Below are positions 1 to 11,378 of a stretch of 61,953 bases of DNA, in pieces; position 1 is the first letter of the stretch; the number at the start of each line of letters is the position of its first letter. This DNA comes from Chloroflexota bacterium (GTDB taxonomy: Bacteria; Chloroflexota; Anaerolineae; Promineifilales; Promineifilaceae), in contig JAWOHK010000057.1 of the NCBI GenBank assembly GCA_046485205.1, positions 1 to 61,953 on the forward strand. The letters run 5' to 3'. The notes beneath the pieces are model-generated. The model saw only the letters and a list, made by a program, of their open reading frames with translations. It was not told the origin of the DNA and ran no database searches. Position numbers and translations under genes: made by a program.

Positions 1-67
1 ACCCTAAATTCTTGATTTAGTCGGAATTCACTACTCGAAAGTGCAAATCAATCATTAGGAAAAATTT

Positions 68-2863
68 ATGAAAAGATATGGACCGCCAACTGCGCTTCTC
101 TTGATTCTATTGCTGATCGTTCCTTTTTTTAGCGCGATTGGGGATCAAACTCTGGCGCAAGAAACAGATGTCTTCCAAACTGCTGTGGTCGATGAATTGG
201 AGACGCCGCCGGCTAGCGAGCTCACCCCTACCGATATCGAGGGAAAACCGCCCTTAACTGGTGGTGCCATTAGCCAACCGCCGCCCTTTGTCCTGGCGGG
301 CCGGTCATCGCAAGATTTGACTGGCACGACTTTTCAATCATCGTCTAGTGCACCCGCAATCGCAGTCTGGTACGGGCCGACCCAAAAGTTCGGCCATAAA
401 GGTGACCCGCAAAAGTGGGTTAATATCTTGGGCAGAGTCTCACCGTCGAATGTGGCATCACTCACATATTCGATTAACGGTGGTGCGGCACAACCCCTCA
501 GTATCGGACCTGATACGCTTCGCCTGGCTCAGGCGGGAGATTTCAATATCGAACTGGACTACACGGATCTCAAGCCGGGATTGAATCCGGTCACCATCAC
601 CGCTACGGATTCGCAAGGTGGAACCACTCAAGCGGTTGTCAACGTCAACTATCAGGGCGGCGGTCTTAGCTGGCCCCTTCAACAATATATGTATGACTGG
701 GCATCAGTGAACCGCATTGACGATATCGCCCAGGTTGTAGATGGGCAGTGGGCTATCGACAATGGCCGCATTTATCCGACCGTATTGGCCTATGATCGAC
801 TTGTCGCGATCGGCGATCTGACCTGGCGTGACTATACCGTCACAGTACCGGTTACTTTCTACGGCATTGATGCCAACGGCTACAGAGCACCCAGCAACGG
901 CCCCGGTGTGGGGATCCTGGTGCGCTGGGCCGGTCATTATGATCATGGTGATGGAATAACTCCGGTACATGGCTGGCGGCGACTCGGCGCGCTGGCCTGG
1001 TATCGGTGGCAACGCTCCGGCGAAACATATACCGAAGGCTTGCAATTACTCGGCCGGGGCGGGCGAATTCTGGATACCTCTACTAGGCAATTGGCCATGG
1101 GCGTCACCTACTATTTTAAACTGGACATCCAATCCCCGGCATCACCAACGGAGCCCGCTACCTACCGGTTCAAGGTTTGGCCGGCCAAGGAATCCGAACC
1201 GGTCGCCTGGGATTTTGAGAAGGTGAACCTCAGTGGTGAGCCGTCTGGCGGGTCGATTTTGCTCCTCGCTCATCATGTAGATGCTCACTTTGGACCTGTC
1301 CAGGTCAATTTGAAGTCCGTGCGTCCTCTACCCACACTGACCGTAAACACAGGCGGATCCGGTACCGGGATTGTCAATCTCTCACCGGCCAGCGGAACCA
1401 ATACCTATCGCTTCGGCGAGGATGTGCGGCTAACGGCCGTGGCTTCGACCGGCTCCACATTTGAAGGTTGGACAGGTAATCTGGCCGGCGACAACAACCC
1501 CGAATATGTGGAAGTGTTCTCCAGCCAATCAGTGACTGCGATTTTTGCCAACCCTGATGCCTTCCAACCCGCTTCGGATGATTTTAGCGATTGCTCCCTC
1601 CATGGTCGCTGGACGTTTGTCAACCCGACTGGAAACGCCGGTCTGGTCATGACTGGTTCAAAGGCTCAAGTGAGCGTTCCGGCCGGCGCGCGGCACGATT
1701 ATTGGCCTAACAACAAGAATGCGCCGCGTATCATGCAATTCCTTGAGGACAAAGATTTTGAAGTAGATATCAAGTTTGATTCCTCTATGGCTGCCCAACA
1801 CCAATTCCAGGGATTGTTGGTTGAGGCGGCAAGCAATTCCTTTTTACGCTATACCTTCCAGCACGACGGTACAAGCTACCGGATCGCGGCGTATACATCG
1901 GTCAACAACGCCACGCCAACAACCCGGGTCAACGATCCGATAACAATCTCGTCGCCCATGTATCTGCGAGCCTCGCGTGTCGGCAATAACTGGACGCTTT
2001 ATTATTCGAGCAATGGAACGAACTGGACCCAGGCTACGCAGTTTGATTTCAACGTGGACGTGACATCCGTCGGTGTCTTGTTCGGCAATGCAGGTAGTAA
2101 CCCGGCTCTGACCGGTTTAGTTGATTATTTCTTCAATACCGATGCGCCGATCGATCCTCAAGATAACAATCGCAAACTGACCTTGCTGACAAACGGGTCC
2201 GGTACAGTTCAGGCTACGCCGCAAAAGAGTAATTACAATTGCAATGAATCGGTCACTTTGCAGGCTATTCCGGCGGCCGGGCAACAATTTGTATCCTGGA
2301 GCGGTGATGTATCCGGGACGAAGAACCCCACCACTGTCGTCATGAATGCCAGCAAGCAGGTGACGGCAAACTTTGCCCCTCAAACCGGCTATGTGGTGAA
2401 CGTGACGGTGAATGGAAGCGGAACGGTGACGAAATCGCCGGACAAACCTTCCTACAACCTCGGCGAATCGGTCACCCTCACGGCCGTGCCTGCTGCCGGT
2501 TATGGGTTTTCCGGCTGGAGCGGCGATCTGACCGGCAATGTTAATCCGGTTGTCATCAATGTGACAAGCAATCAGGCGATTACAGCCAATTTCATCCAGG
2601 GACTTTATTTGTTGCAAGTGACAACTGAAGGTCAAGGCACGGTTAGTATCGATCCGCCCGGCAGCCAATTTGCTGCGGGTACTGAGGTCACTCTGACGGC
2701 TAATCCTGCACCGGGTCACACATTTATTGGGTGGGCTGGAGATGTCCAGGGGACCACTAATCCCTACTCGCTCATTATGAATGGAGATAAGACAGTCAAA
2801 GCCTTCTTTACAAACGACGGTTCCACAGGGTACAGGCTTTACCTACCGGCCATTACCAGGTGA
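68..2863 (+). CDS. Secreted multidomain surface protein with ConA/DUF1349-like beta-sandwich domains and four InlB-B-type ('bacterial repeat') units
   Basis: Signal peptide (MKRYGPPTALLLILLLIVPFFS). Four ~75-aa repeats of pattern LTV..xGSGTV..P...Y..GE.VTLTA.P..G..F.GWSGD..G..NP....M.....V.A.F. SDDF...WTFVNP and NAPRI motifs. C-terminal YRLYLPAITR. Confidence 0.75.
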   Translation: MKRYGPPTALLLILLLIVPFFSAIGDQTLAQETDVFQTAVVDELETPPASELTPTDIEGKPPLTGGAISQPPPFVLAGRSSQDLTGTTFQSSSSAPAIAVWYGPTQKFGHKGDPQKWVNILGRVSPSNVASLTYSINGGAAQPLSIGPDTLRLAQAGDFNIELDYTDLKPGLNPVTITATDSQGGTTQAVVNVNYQGGGLSWPLQQYMYDWASVNRIDDIAQVVDGQWAIDNGRIYPTVLAYDRLVAIGDLTWRDYTVTVPVTFYGIDANGYRAPSNGPGVGILVRWAGHYDHGDGITPVHGWRRLGALAWYRWQRSGETYTEGLQLLGRGGRILDTSTRQLAMGVTYYFKLDIQSPASPTEPATYRFKVWPAKESEPVAWDFEKVNLSGEPSGGSILLLAHHVDAHFGPVQVNLKSVRPLPTLTVNTGGSGTGIVNLSPASGTNTYRFGEDVRLTAVASTGSTFEGWTGNLAGDNNPEYVEVFSSQSVTAIFANPDAFQPASDDFSDCSLHGRWTFVNPTGNAGLVMTGSKAQVSVPAGARHDYWPNNKNAPRIMQFLEDKDFEVDIKFDSSMAAQHQFQGLLVEAASNSFLRYTFQHDGTSYRIAAYTSVNNATPTTRVNDPITISSPMYLRASRVGNNWTLYYSSNGTNWTQATQFDFNVDVTSVGVLFGNAGSNPALTGLVDYFFNTDAPIDPQDNNRKLTLLTNGSGTVQATPQKSNYNCNESVTLQAIPAAGQQFVSWSGDVSGTKNPTTVVMNASKQVTANFAPQTGYVVNVTVNGSGTVTKSPDKPSYNLGESVTLTAVPAAGYGFSGWSGDLTGNVNPVVINVTSNQAITANFIQGLYLLQVTTEGQGTVSIDPPGSQFAAGTEVTLTANPAPGHTFIGWAGDVQGTTNPYSLIMNGDKTVKAFFTNDGSTGYRLYLPAITR

Positions 2864-3103
2864 TCCGGCAGTTGGCTCAAAGATCGACTGCTCTTGCCTT
2901 ACTATTTATAGCTTTGCAACACTTAAGCAGGCCTGTAAGCGAGAATGGGTAGTATGAGTGAGGATCGAAATGGAGATCGGATCGATCCCGTCTGATACTT
3001 CTTACCAACTCGAACAAATTACAGGCACACGCCATTTATTGGCATCAACGGTTAGAAAGCACCTATTGGCGAACGACAACTCAGAATTAGGAGAGTAGCG
3101 AGA

Positions 3104-3874
3104 ATGAAAGTAGGGATTTTAGCCGGCGGCTACGGCACGCGACTGGCTGAAGAAACAGAGATCGTACCCAAGCCAATGGTGGAGATCGGCGGCAAGCCGA
3201 TCTTGTGGCATATCATGATGCATTATTCCTGCTTTGGCCACAAGGATTTTGTCGTCGCGCTCGGCTACAAGGGCGAAGTCATCAAGCGCTACATGGTGGA
3301 TTATTATTCATTAAACAGCAATCTCACCATTAACTTGCGCGACGGTCGGGTTAATACGCACGGTCCTAACGGCGTGCAGGAATGGACTGTCGATTTGATC
3401 GATACCGGTTTGAACACGATGACCGGCGGCCGAATCAAACGCCTGCAACCCTATATGGGCAACGAAACTTTCATGTTGACCTGGGGTGATGGCGTCTCCA
3501 CGGTGGACCTGGATAAGTTACTGGCCTTCCATCGCCAACATGGGCGGTTGATGACCTTAACGGCTGTTCGCCCGCCCGCTCGCTACGGTCACCTGGAATT
3601 CGAGGGTAATCGTATCAACCGGTTTGACGAAAAACCCCAGACAGCCGAAGGATGGATTAATGGCGCTTTTTTCGTCGTGGAACCCCAGGTGTTTGACTAT
3701 ATCGAGGGGGATGAGACCCAATTCGAAAAAGAGCCGTTGGAACGGCTGGCCGCAGACGGCGAGTTGATGGCCTACAAGCATGATGGCTTTTGGCAATGCA
3801 TGGATACCCGGCGCGACAAATACGTACTGGAACGTTTGTGGGATTCGGGAGAAGCCCCCTGGAAATTGTGGTAA
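3104..3874 (+). CDS. rfbF: Glucose-1-phosphate cytidylyltransferase
   Basis: ILAGGYGTRL..ET...PKPMVEIGGKPILWHIM, TMTGGRIKR, GFWQCMDT and C-terminal APWK motifs; GGAG RBS upstream. Confidence 0.93.
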   Translation: MKVGILAGGYGTRLAEETEIVPKPMVEIGGKPILWHIMMHYSCFGHKDFVVALGYKGEVIKRYMVDYYSLNSNLTINLRDGRVNTHGPNGVQEWTVDLIDTGLNTMTGGRIKRLQPYMGNETFMLTWGDGVSTVDLDKLLAFHRQHGRLMTLTAVRPPARYGHLEFEGNRINRFDEKPQTAEGWINGAFFVVEPQVFDYIEGDETQFEKEPLERLAADGELMAYKHDGFWQCMDTRRDKYVLERLWDSGEAPWKLW

Positions 3875-3898
3875 ACAAAAGAGTTGGAGAATAATAAA

Positions 3899-4942
3899 AT
3901 GCGCGTACTCGTTACCGGACATAATGGTTATGTCGGCACTGTCTTGGTTCCAATGTTGTTGGAAGCGGGACATGATGTTGTTGGGTTGGATAGCGATCTT
4001 TACCAAGCGGCTACCTTCGGCGAAGAAAATGAAACCGCCACTATTCAGGCATTCAAGAAGGATGTGCGCGATGTGACCCATGCCGACCTAGACGGGGTGG
4101 AAGCAGTTCTGCATTTGGCCGGCCTGTCTAATGACCCGCTGGGTGATCTGAATCCTGAACTGACCTATGAAATCAATCACCGCGCCTCGGTACGCTTGGC
4201 TGAGTTAGCCAAAGAACTGGGGATTGAACGTTACATCTTCTCCTCCTCGTGCAGCAATTATGGCGCGGGGGTAGATGACTGGCTCAGCGAGAAATCGGCA
4301 TTCAATCCGGTCACACCTTATGGCCGTTCCAAAGTCATGGTCGAGCAAGATGTGGCCAAGATGGCTGATGACAACTTCAGCCCGACCTTTTTGCGCAGCG
4401 CAACGGCCTACGGCGTATCGCCGCGCTTGCGTTTCGATCTGGTACTGAATAATCTGACCGCTTGGGCCTACACGACCGGTCTGGTTTATTTGAAGAGCGA
4501 CGGTACGCCGTGGCGGCCGGTCGTCCACATCGAGGACATGGCCCTGGCATTTGTTGCCGCGTTGCACGCCCCACGCGAATTGATTCACAATCAGGCGTTC
4601 AATGTCGGGCGCCCGGAAGAGAATTACCGGATTCGTGAGCTGGCCGAGATTGTCGCCGCGGTTGTGCCGGGCAGTCGCGTGGAGTTCGCCGATGGGGCTA
4701 GTCCAGATTTGCGTAATTATCGCGTTGACAGCAGCAAGATCGCCCGGACACTGCCTGAGTATAAACCAAAGTGGACCGCACGTATGGGAGCGGCGCAATT
4801 GTATGAAGCCTACCAGCAAACTGGTTTGAAGCTGGATGATTTTGAGGGGCCGCGCTACCGGCGCATCGATCACATCAAGATGCTGATCGGTGACGGCCGG
4901 TTGAGCGACCAGCTGCGCTGGCAAGAAACTATTCTGGCCTGA
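3899..4942 (+). CDS. NAD-dependent epimerase/dehydratase (extended SDR) for nucleotide-sugar synthesis
   Basis: [11 protein letters not shown] Rossmann motif, [13 protein letters not shown] catalytic motif. ATG at 3899 follows GGAG; the ORF track starts at 3884. Confidence 0.88.
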   Translation: MRVLVTGHNGYVGTVLVPMLLEAGHDVVGLDSDLYQAATFGEENETATIQAFKKDVRDVTHADLDGVEAVLHLAGLSNDPLGDLNPELTYEINHRASVRLAELAKELGIERYIFSSSCSNYGAGVDDWLSEKSAFNPVTPYGRSKVMVEQDVAKMADDNFSPTFLRSATAYGVSPRLRFDLVLNNLTAWAYTTGLVYLKSDGTPWRPVVHIEDMALAFVAALHAPRELIHNQAFNVGRPEENYRIRELAEIVAAVVPGSRVEFADGASPDLRNYRVDSSKIARTLPEYKPKWTARMGAAQLYEAYQQTGLKLDDFEGPRYRRIDHIKMLIGDGRLSDQLRWQETILA

Positions 4943-5013
4943 TACTTGTCAAAACCTTCATAAACCCTCACCGGGGTGGGCATTTACCTGCCCCGGCAGC
5001 TCGAACAACTCAC

Positions 5014-6249
5014 ATGTCTATCTACAAGAATGAAACTACGGATCGCATCTCCGGGTCCCCCGATCTGGAGACTATCATCGCTTTTGGAGAGACGCCATTG
5101 GCCGACCGTCTCCTGCGCGCCGACCAGCTCGATGAGCCGGATCTTAAAGCACCCCTCACGCTCGTCTTTTGCTCCGATTCGTCGCTGGCCCAGATACGGG
5201 AGACAGTAAATCCGGAGATTCTCTTCTATGCTGAGTACCCTTATTTTTCTTCTGTTTCCCAATCCTTGCTTAAGCATTTTCGGGAAAGCGCGGAATACAT
5301 CATCGACACGAGACCGCTTGGCGCGGGCAGTCTGGTGATTGAGGCGGCCAGCAATGACGGCTACATGCTGAAGAACTTCGCTGAGCGGGGAATTCCCGTG
5401 CTGGGCATCGATCCGTCAGTAGCCCCGGCAACGGCCGCCCAGGAAGCCGGAATCCCGACGATGATCACTTTCTTCACCCGCGATCTGGCCCGCCATTTGG
5501 TTGCGGAAGGGAAGTCGGCCGATGTCTTTCTGGCTAACAACGTGCTGGCCCACGTGCCGGATCTCAACGGATTTGTCGCCGGCATTAAGACTATTCTGAA
5601 ACCGACCGGTGTCGCCGTGATCGAATGTCCTTATGTCGTCGATTTGGTGGACCATGTCGAGTTCGACACGATTTATCACCAACACCTATGTTATTTTTCT
5701 ATCACGGCGCTCGATAAATTGTTCAGGCAGCATGGTCTCTTCCTGAACGATGTCAAACGGACGGCGATTCATGGTGGTTCATTGCGCCTTTTTGTCGAAC
5801 CGGTCGAGAATGTCGGCCCGGTGGTGCAGGAACTGCTAATCAAGGAACAAGAACGTAAGGTTGATCGCATCGATTACTATCTGGATTTCGCTGACCGGGT
5901 CCAGCAGGTGAAGGATAACCTTCTAACTATCCTGCGCGACCTGAAAAGCCAAGGTTGCCGGATTGCGGCCTACGGCGCGGCAGCCAAGGCGACGACGATG
6001 CTGGCCTACTGCGAGATCGATTCGTCGTTGGTCGACTATGTGGTCGACTTGAACCAGTACAAACACGGCCGCTACATGGGTGGTAATCGCTTCCCCATCT
6101 ATCCGGTTGAGAAACTGCTTGAAGACCAGCCGGACTATGTCCTCCTGCTGGCCTGGAATTTCGCCGAAGAGATTATGCGCCAGCAATCGGCTTATCGCGA
6201 AGCAGGCGGGAAGTTTATCATCCCCATTCCCGAACCGCGAATCGTCTAA
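5014..6249 (+). CDS. NDP-hexose C-methyltransferase family (class I SAM-dependent)
   Basis: [50 protein letters not shown] and LLLAWNF motifs typical of sugar C3-methyltransferases. Confidence 0.88.
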   Translation: MSIYKNETTDRISGSPDLETIIAFGETPLADRLLRADQLDEPDLKAPLTLVFCSDSSLAQIRETVNPEILFYAEYPYFSSVSQSLLKHFRESAEYIIDTRPLGAGSLVIEAASNDGYMLKNFAERGIPVLGIDPSVAPATAAQEAGIPTMITFFTRDLARHLVAEGKSADVFLANNVLAHVPDLNGFVAGIKTILKPTGVAVIECPYVVDLVDHVEFDTIYHQHLCYFSITALDKLFRQHGLFLNDVKRTAIHGGSLRLFVEPVENVGPVVQELLIKEQERKVDRIDYYLDFADRVQQVKDNLLTILRDLKSQGCRIAAYGAAAKATTMLAYCEIDSSLVDYVVDLNQYKHGRYMGGNRFPIYPVEKLLEDQPDYVLLLAWNFAEEIMRQQSAYREAGGKFIIPIPEPRIV

Positions 6250-6267
6250 ACTCAACAGCCCGGCGTT

Positions 6268-7107
6268 ATGAATGCTGATAAAGGTTCAATTTTTCACCAG
6301 GCCCGCCGAACAACCTTACGCCAGTTATACAAGGCACGCCACCGAGTGGAAGATGCCGGTTTGTTGCCGGTTAGTAACGACTACAGCCGGTTTATTTGCC
6401 TTACACACGCCCGTACCGGGTCGACTATGCTCATCAAGGCTCTTCAACGGCACAAGCATATTTTAGCCTATAGCGAGATCGCTCGAGACCGTCACCGGTA
6501 TCCATCAAATGTCCACCGTTTCGAAAATAGCGAGGATTTGTTTGAGTCGGCACCGGCCACTTTTTTCGATGAGCGAGTATTTCGCGATTATCCAGCGGTT
6601 ACTATGGCCGTCGGTTTTAAGATATTCTACTTCCACGCGCCAATGGACACGGAGTGGGGGCGCTCCGTTTGGGATTACCTCATGGGACAGAATAACCTGA
6701 AAGTCCTGCACCTCAAACGGCACAACATGCTCAAGACCTGGCTTTCTCAGAAACTGGCCGAAAGCACGAACGAGTGGTGGACTTATTCACGCAACAGCGC
6801 GAGGAAAAAAATAAGAATCGAATATCACGAAGCCTTGGAATTCTTCACGCGTCTGCAGCGCTGGGAAGCCGAGTTTGATTCAATGTTCAGAGACCATCCA
6901 ACACTCGAGATCGTCTACGAGCAATTGAGCCGCGAAATGGACAGGGAATTTCGGCGCATCCAGGATTTTCTGGAGGTTCCTTATCAACCCATCAAACCGA
7001 CCACCTCGAAACGTCCCCACCGGCCCCTTTCAGTGCAGATCGAAAACTACGCGGAACTGAAGGAACAGTTTCAGGGATCGCCGTGGGGTGATTTTTTCAC
7101 AGATTAA
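6268..7107 (+). CDS. Stf0-like sulfotransferase family protein
   Basis: ARTGSTML PAPS-binding loop, GFKIFY, LHLKRHNML..WLS..LA, and C-terminal IENYAEL. Confidence 0.7.
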   Translation: MNADKGSIFHQARRTTLRQLYKARHRVEDAGLLPVSNDYSRFICLTHARTGSTMLIKALQRHKHILAYSEIARDRHRYPSNVHRFENSEDLFESAPATFFDERVFRDYPAVTMAVGFKIFYFHAPMDTEWGRSVWDYLMGQNNLKVLHLKRHNMLKTWLSQKLAESTNEWWTYSRNSARKKIRIEYHEALEFFTRLQRWEAEFDSMFRDHPTLEIVYEQLSREMDREFRRIQDFLEVPYQPIKPTTSKRPHRPLSVQIENYAELKEQFQGSPWGDFFTD

Positions 7108-7222
7108 AAGGGCAAGCCGAAGGGTAGCTATCGAATAAGCAGACACCCGCGAGCGAATCCAAGTACCCTTAAACAGCGGTCAAGAGTTAGGTATTAATTC
7201 AAATCCACGCAATTGGCATTAT

Positions 7223-10200
7223 CTAAGGCGTGCATAGGCTACCGTCATTTTCATAGACATGCACCCGGAAATGTAGCCACCCTTTAGAGATGATGTCGAG
7301 ATCGCCATCATTGTCCAGGTCCACTGCCATGGTGGATTGGTAGTGAGAGTCTCCGTAATATACTTCATGGGCTCGCCAACTTTGACCTTGGCCCAGGTTT
7401 TCGAATATCCACACAGATGATGGTCTGAGTTCAGTCTGATCCGAATATTGCGGCCGAAAACCGCCGCTGACCACATCCATATCACCGTCACCATCCATAT
7501 CCACCAGTTCGACATTGACGGCAAAGCCGGTTGGTAAGTTGGCAATCATGCGCTCAGTCCAGGTGTTTGTGGGTGATGAACTGGGCTGTTCATACCAGGC
7601 CAATTTTCTTTCCGGATCGTGGCCATAGCCGATGACAACGTCGAGATCGCCGTCTTCGTCAATATCGAAAAGGGCATGCCGGTCAGTTTCGCCGCTGGTG
7701 GGCACGTGAATGGTGAAGCGCGTCCATGAGTTGGAAGGATATTCGTTACGCAGCCAGTCGAAGCCCAGAAACAAATCCATATCGCCGTCATTATCGAGAT
7801 CAACGGCGCTGATCTCCTCACCCAGCGAAAAAGTGGAGAGCGTTCGCCTCGTCCATTGCCCTTGCGAAGGATTGGCGGGCAAAGTGAACATCTGAATGCC
7901 GAAGGGGTTGCGATTGGGCCGTTCGGTATCGTCCCAGGTCACGGCTATTTCCAGCGGGCCATCGGGATGGTAACGGGCGATAGCCACGCCCTGAATGGGC
8001 TTATTGGCCGGCATCGTTTCAAAGCCGGCATTATCAATATTGTCCATTGTGGTAAAAATACCATTGCCTTCGTTCCGCCCCCACACAAATGGGGCCCAAT
8101 AACCGCCGTCAACCGGCATCGTACTTCCGGACGTTCCGAACAGGTCCAGATCGCCGTCACCGTCAAAGTCATAGACGGCGATTAAATCCTCAAGCGGCGC
8201 GCTAAGCAAGGTGCGGGTCCACGTGCCGCTAATCATGCCCGGATTGCGATACCAGTATTTGCCGGTCAGGATATCGCTTAGCCCGTCGCCGTCTACGTCA
8301 AAGGTGAAGACAAATGAGGCGCGGCCCGGACGATCCGGGTCGATCACATGCCGGGACCAGGTCATATCGCCGATCGCTTTAGTGGCGGTTGGTTGGCAAG
8401 CCGCGGGGGTTACTGTAGGTGTTTTCGAGGCCTCTGCTGTGGCGGTTGGTGTCGCTGGAGCGGGTGAGGTGGCTGTTGGTGTCGACGACGGCTCGCAGTC
8501 CAATTGCTCATAGAGCAGGACGTTGCCGTGCGTCCAGCCAATCGAGATGATGTCCAAATCGCCGTCATTATCGACATCGACGAATTGCGTCCCGTCATGA
8601 TGTTCGTGTCCGGTTGCCACCAGATGGGTCACCCACGACGCGCCGTTATTGACATTCTCATAAACCAAGACCCGCCCGCTGGCCGGATTGGTTAGATGGT
8701 GCTCTCCCACGACGATGTCGAAATCACCGTCACCGTCGGCGTCGGCTACATCCAGACTCATTGGCGCGACTAGTTGGTCGATGACGATTTGCTTCCAGGG
8801 CTGTGTCCAGTTGGCCGAGGCGCTATACCAGGCCAGTGGTTGAACGCCGCTGTTGGCCGCTTCATAATCGACGACCGCGTCCAGCCGGCCGTCGCCGTCG
8901 ATATCTGCCAGTCTGTTACGGTCCGGCTTTTCGGTGGTCGAGAAGAGCCTGTGATCTGCCCAGGATTGCCCGTTGCCCTGATTTTCCAGCCATACGGTGC
9001 CCAGCAGGATATCCTGATCGCCGTCTCCGTCGATGTCGGCGACATTGACCTCTTCGCTCTGGGTGACGGTGGTGAGGGTGCGAACGGACCACGATTGGGT
9101 TTGTGGGGAATCGGGCACGACCAGCGAATCAAGCCGGGCCAAAGATTCCTGATGCCAAGACAGGACGATCTCCGGTTTGCCGGGTTGGAAATAAGCAACC
9201 GCCGCCCCTTGCAGAAAATCACCTGATACCGCGCTGGCATTGGCATCGATGATTTCAAATGTCCCGTTGCCGTTGTTTCTGGCCCAGATAAAGGCCAGGC
9301 CCATTTCCGGGTTAGACGTGCCGCCGGCCCATTTTGTGCCCAGTAGATCGACCAGGCCATCCCCGTCAAAATCACCTTTAACGACGAATTGGTTGAATGT
9401 ATTGGTCACCGGCGATGTGGCCCCGTCCAGGCGCATATCGATGGGCTGTCGGGTCCAGGTGCCGCCTGCCGTGCCCGGATTGCGATACCACCACGCTCCG
9501 GTGACGATGTCCTCGAAGCCGTCGCCGTCCAAATCGACCGAGTCGATGAATATGGCGCGCCAAGGCCGGGCATTGTCAATAAAGTGGGTTTGCCAGCTAT
9601 CCAGCGGCTGGCAGGAATCAGATGTTGGCGCTATCGTGGGTGTAGCGACCGGGCCGCCCGATTGATTAAGCCAGACATCGACGCGGGGGGTGTCCCAGAT
9701 GTAGGGTTTGCCCAATATGTCCAGATCGCCATCGCCGTCGAGATCGCCCATTTTGGATTCATGCTGGCCGATCCCGGTAGTGACGATCGATAGCTCGAAA
9801 TCTCCCTGCCCATCGCCGTACAAAATCATCGTGCGGGCATCGGGATTGAGATCGGTGGTCGCTTCGATTTGGCGCATTTCGCCGATAAAGATATCGAGAT
9901 GGCCGTCCTGATCGATGTCGGCGATCTCAAGCGAATGGCCATTTCTGACATCGAGCAGATCGTGGCCGACCCAGGTTGAGCCGTTCCATTGATACCACCG
10001 GGCCATGCCAGCGACATCGCCGGGAACTTGAACAATTTCCGGCCGGCCACCGGGGATCAGATCGGCTACCGCCATTCGAGGATAATCGATCCGTTGAATT
10101 AGGGTACGTTCAAACAGATCGCCGCCCTCATATTTGAACCACGCGCCACCGGCGACGATGTCCGGCAGGCCGTCCAGGTCGATGTCCCCCACTACCAGCC

Positions 10201-10936
10201 CTTCGTCACGTGTATTATTGCTGGCGTAGATGAGCTTGCGCGGCCACTCGGTCGTCCGGGACTTAACGTCGTCCGGAATTTCCGCCCGGAACAATTGACC
10301 CGCCTGCTGCCCGGTGCAGGAACTCTGATTCCAGAACACTAACTCGGCTTTGCCGTTCCCGTCCACATCACTGAACAGCATATCGTGTTGCTTGGCACAA
10401 CCAGTGGTCTTGATTAGCCGCCGCGTCCAATTGGTCGTGGGTGAGAAATTGGGATAGGGATTCTCCCACCACCAGATTTCAACGCCGGAACTATCGCGGC
10501 CAAATACGACATCCAGATCGCCGTCGCCATCAATGTCATAGAAGGTCCCTCCGGCTTCGATTCGCAGCGCCTGGCTCTCGATGATGTAGCGCGCCCAGCC
10601 ATCGGACTCCCTTCGGAACCAGATAACCGATGGTCCCGGCGCTTTGCGGGTGGCGATGATAAAATCTTTGACACCGTCTTTGTCGACGTCGAGGATGAGG
10701 GCAGCCGTTTGCTCCGGGCTGCCGGCCGGGGAAGGGAGGTCGCCGTTTTTAGACGAAAGATGTTGCCAGGATATCGCGCCTTGATGCTCATCCAGGTCAT
10801 CAGCGTCATTCATCACGGCTGCAACAAAGGATAGATGATCCGTCGCTGATTGGATTGATGTTACCTGAACCATCAAGGCCGTAACTAAAAAAATGAACAA
10901 GATGCCGGCGAACCAGGCTATTAGTGGTTGTTTCAT
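7223..10936 (-). CDS. Secreted FG-GAP/VCBS repeat protein with three tandem beta-propeller-like modules
   Basis: More than 15 DxDGDGDxD Ca-binding repeats, P/T linkers between modules, and a hydrophobic N-terminus. Start chosen at MKQPLIAW (AAGGGA RBS); the ORF track extends to 11056. Confidence 0.82.
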   Translation of the reverse strand: MKQPLIAWFAGILFIFLVTALMVQVTSIQSATDHLSFVAAVMNDADDLDEHQGAISWQHLSSKNGDLPSPAGSPEQTAALILDVDKDGVKDFIIATRKAPGPSVIWFRRESDGWARYIIESQALRIEAGGTFYDIDGDGDLDVVFGRDSSGVEIWWWENPYPNFSPTTNWTRRLIKTTGCAKQHDMLFSDVDGNGKAELVFWNQSSCTGQQAGQLFRAEIPDDVKSRTTEWPRKLIYASNNTRDEGLVVGDIDLDGLPDIVAGGAWFKYEGGDLFERTLIQRIDYPRMAVADLIPGGRPEIVQVPGDVAGMARWYQWNGSTWVGHDLLDVRNGHSLEIADIDQDGHLDIFIGEMRQIEATTDLNPDARTMILYGDGQGDFELSIVTTGIGQHESKMGDLDGDGDLDILGKPYIWDTPRVDVWLNQSGGPVATPTIAPTSDSCQPLDSWQTHFIDNARPWRAIFIDSVDLDGDGFEDIVTGAWWYRNPGTAGGTWTRQPIDMRLDGATSPVTNTFNQFVVKGDFDGDGLVDLLGTKWAGGTSNPEMGLAFIWARNNGNGTFEIIDANASAVSGDFLQGAAVAYFQPGKPEIVLSWHQESLARLDSLVVPDSPQTQSWSVRTLTTVTQSEEVNVADIDGDGDQDILLGTVWLENQGNGQSWADHRLFSTTEKPDRNRLADIDGDGRLDAVVDYEAANSGVQPLAWYSASANWTQPWKQIVIDQLVAPMSLDVADADGDGDFDIVVGEHHLTNPASGRVLVYENVNNGASWVTHLVATGHEHHDGTQFVDVDNDGDLDIISIGWTHGNVLLYEQLDCEPSSTPTATSPAPATPTATAEASKTPTVTPAACQPTATKAIGDMTWSRHVIDPDRPGRASFVFTFDVDGDGLSDILTGKYWYRNPGMISGTWTRTLLSAPLEDLIAVYDFDGDGDLDLFGTSGSTMPVDGGYWAPFVWGRNEGNGIFTTMDNIDNAGFETMPANKPIQGVAIARYHPDGPLEIAVTWDDTERPNRNPFGIQMFTLPANPSQGQWTRRTLSTFSLGEEISAVDLDNDGDMDLFLGFDWLRNEYPSNSWTRFTIHVPTSGETDRHALFDIDEDGDLDVVIGYGHDPERKLAWYEQPSSSPTNTWTERMIANLPTGFAVNVELVDMDGDGDMDVVSGGFRPQYSDQTELRPSSVWIFENLGQGQSWRAHEVYYGDSHYQSTMAVDLDNDGDLDIISKGWLHFRVHVYENDGSLCTP

Positions 10937-11078
10937 GACTTCCCTTACGATTTCAAAACTATTCGGCCCACTTGCTATCACATGTCGGCCTGAGTTACCT
11001 CCTACGTACACAACGTTGTGAAATTGTGAAATAAAGGGCGAAGTGGCTCTATTCAATCAACTTATCACTTTTTGTTTT

Positions 11079-11096
11079 TCATCCCATTAGGGATGA
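11079..11096. promoter_or_regulatory. Perfect palindrome TCATCCC-atta-GGGATGA, candidate transcription-factor site in a divergent intergenic region
   Basis: 7-bp inverted repeat with a 4-nt spacer between the divergent genes at 10936 (-) and 11397 (+). Confidence 0.4.
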
Positions 11097-11191
11097 TGGA
11101 CGAAGATCAATGAGTGCCAGATAGCTTCGCCAAGTTCACATTGTACAGTGCAGTTAATTACTATAGATATAGTTGCAGATACATTTTTGCA

Positions 11192-11221
11192 TTGACAATC
11201 TAAAGACTTTGATTTTATGAT
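11192..11221 (+). promoter_or_regulatory. Sigma70-type promoter TTGACA-N18-TATGAT
   Basis: Consensus -35 at 11192-11197 and TATGAT at 11216-11221 in AT-rich DNA upstream of the 540-aa gene. Confidence 0.55.
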
Positions 11222-11378
11222 CGGTTATTAATATGAATTGTAAGGATCATATTTATAGTTATTATGTAATGGCGAGTGATAAAATATCGCTCGCGCCTGC
11301 GAACTGGAGTGAGGAGCGTCCTCCGGAGCGGGCAGCAATCGAACAAAAATCCCTACCGGCGAGCAGCTAACCGCGTAG

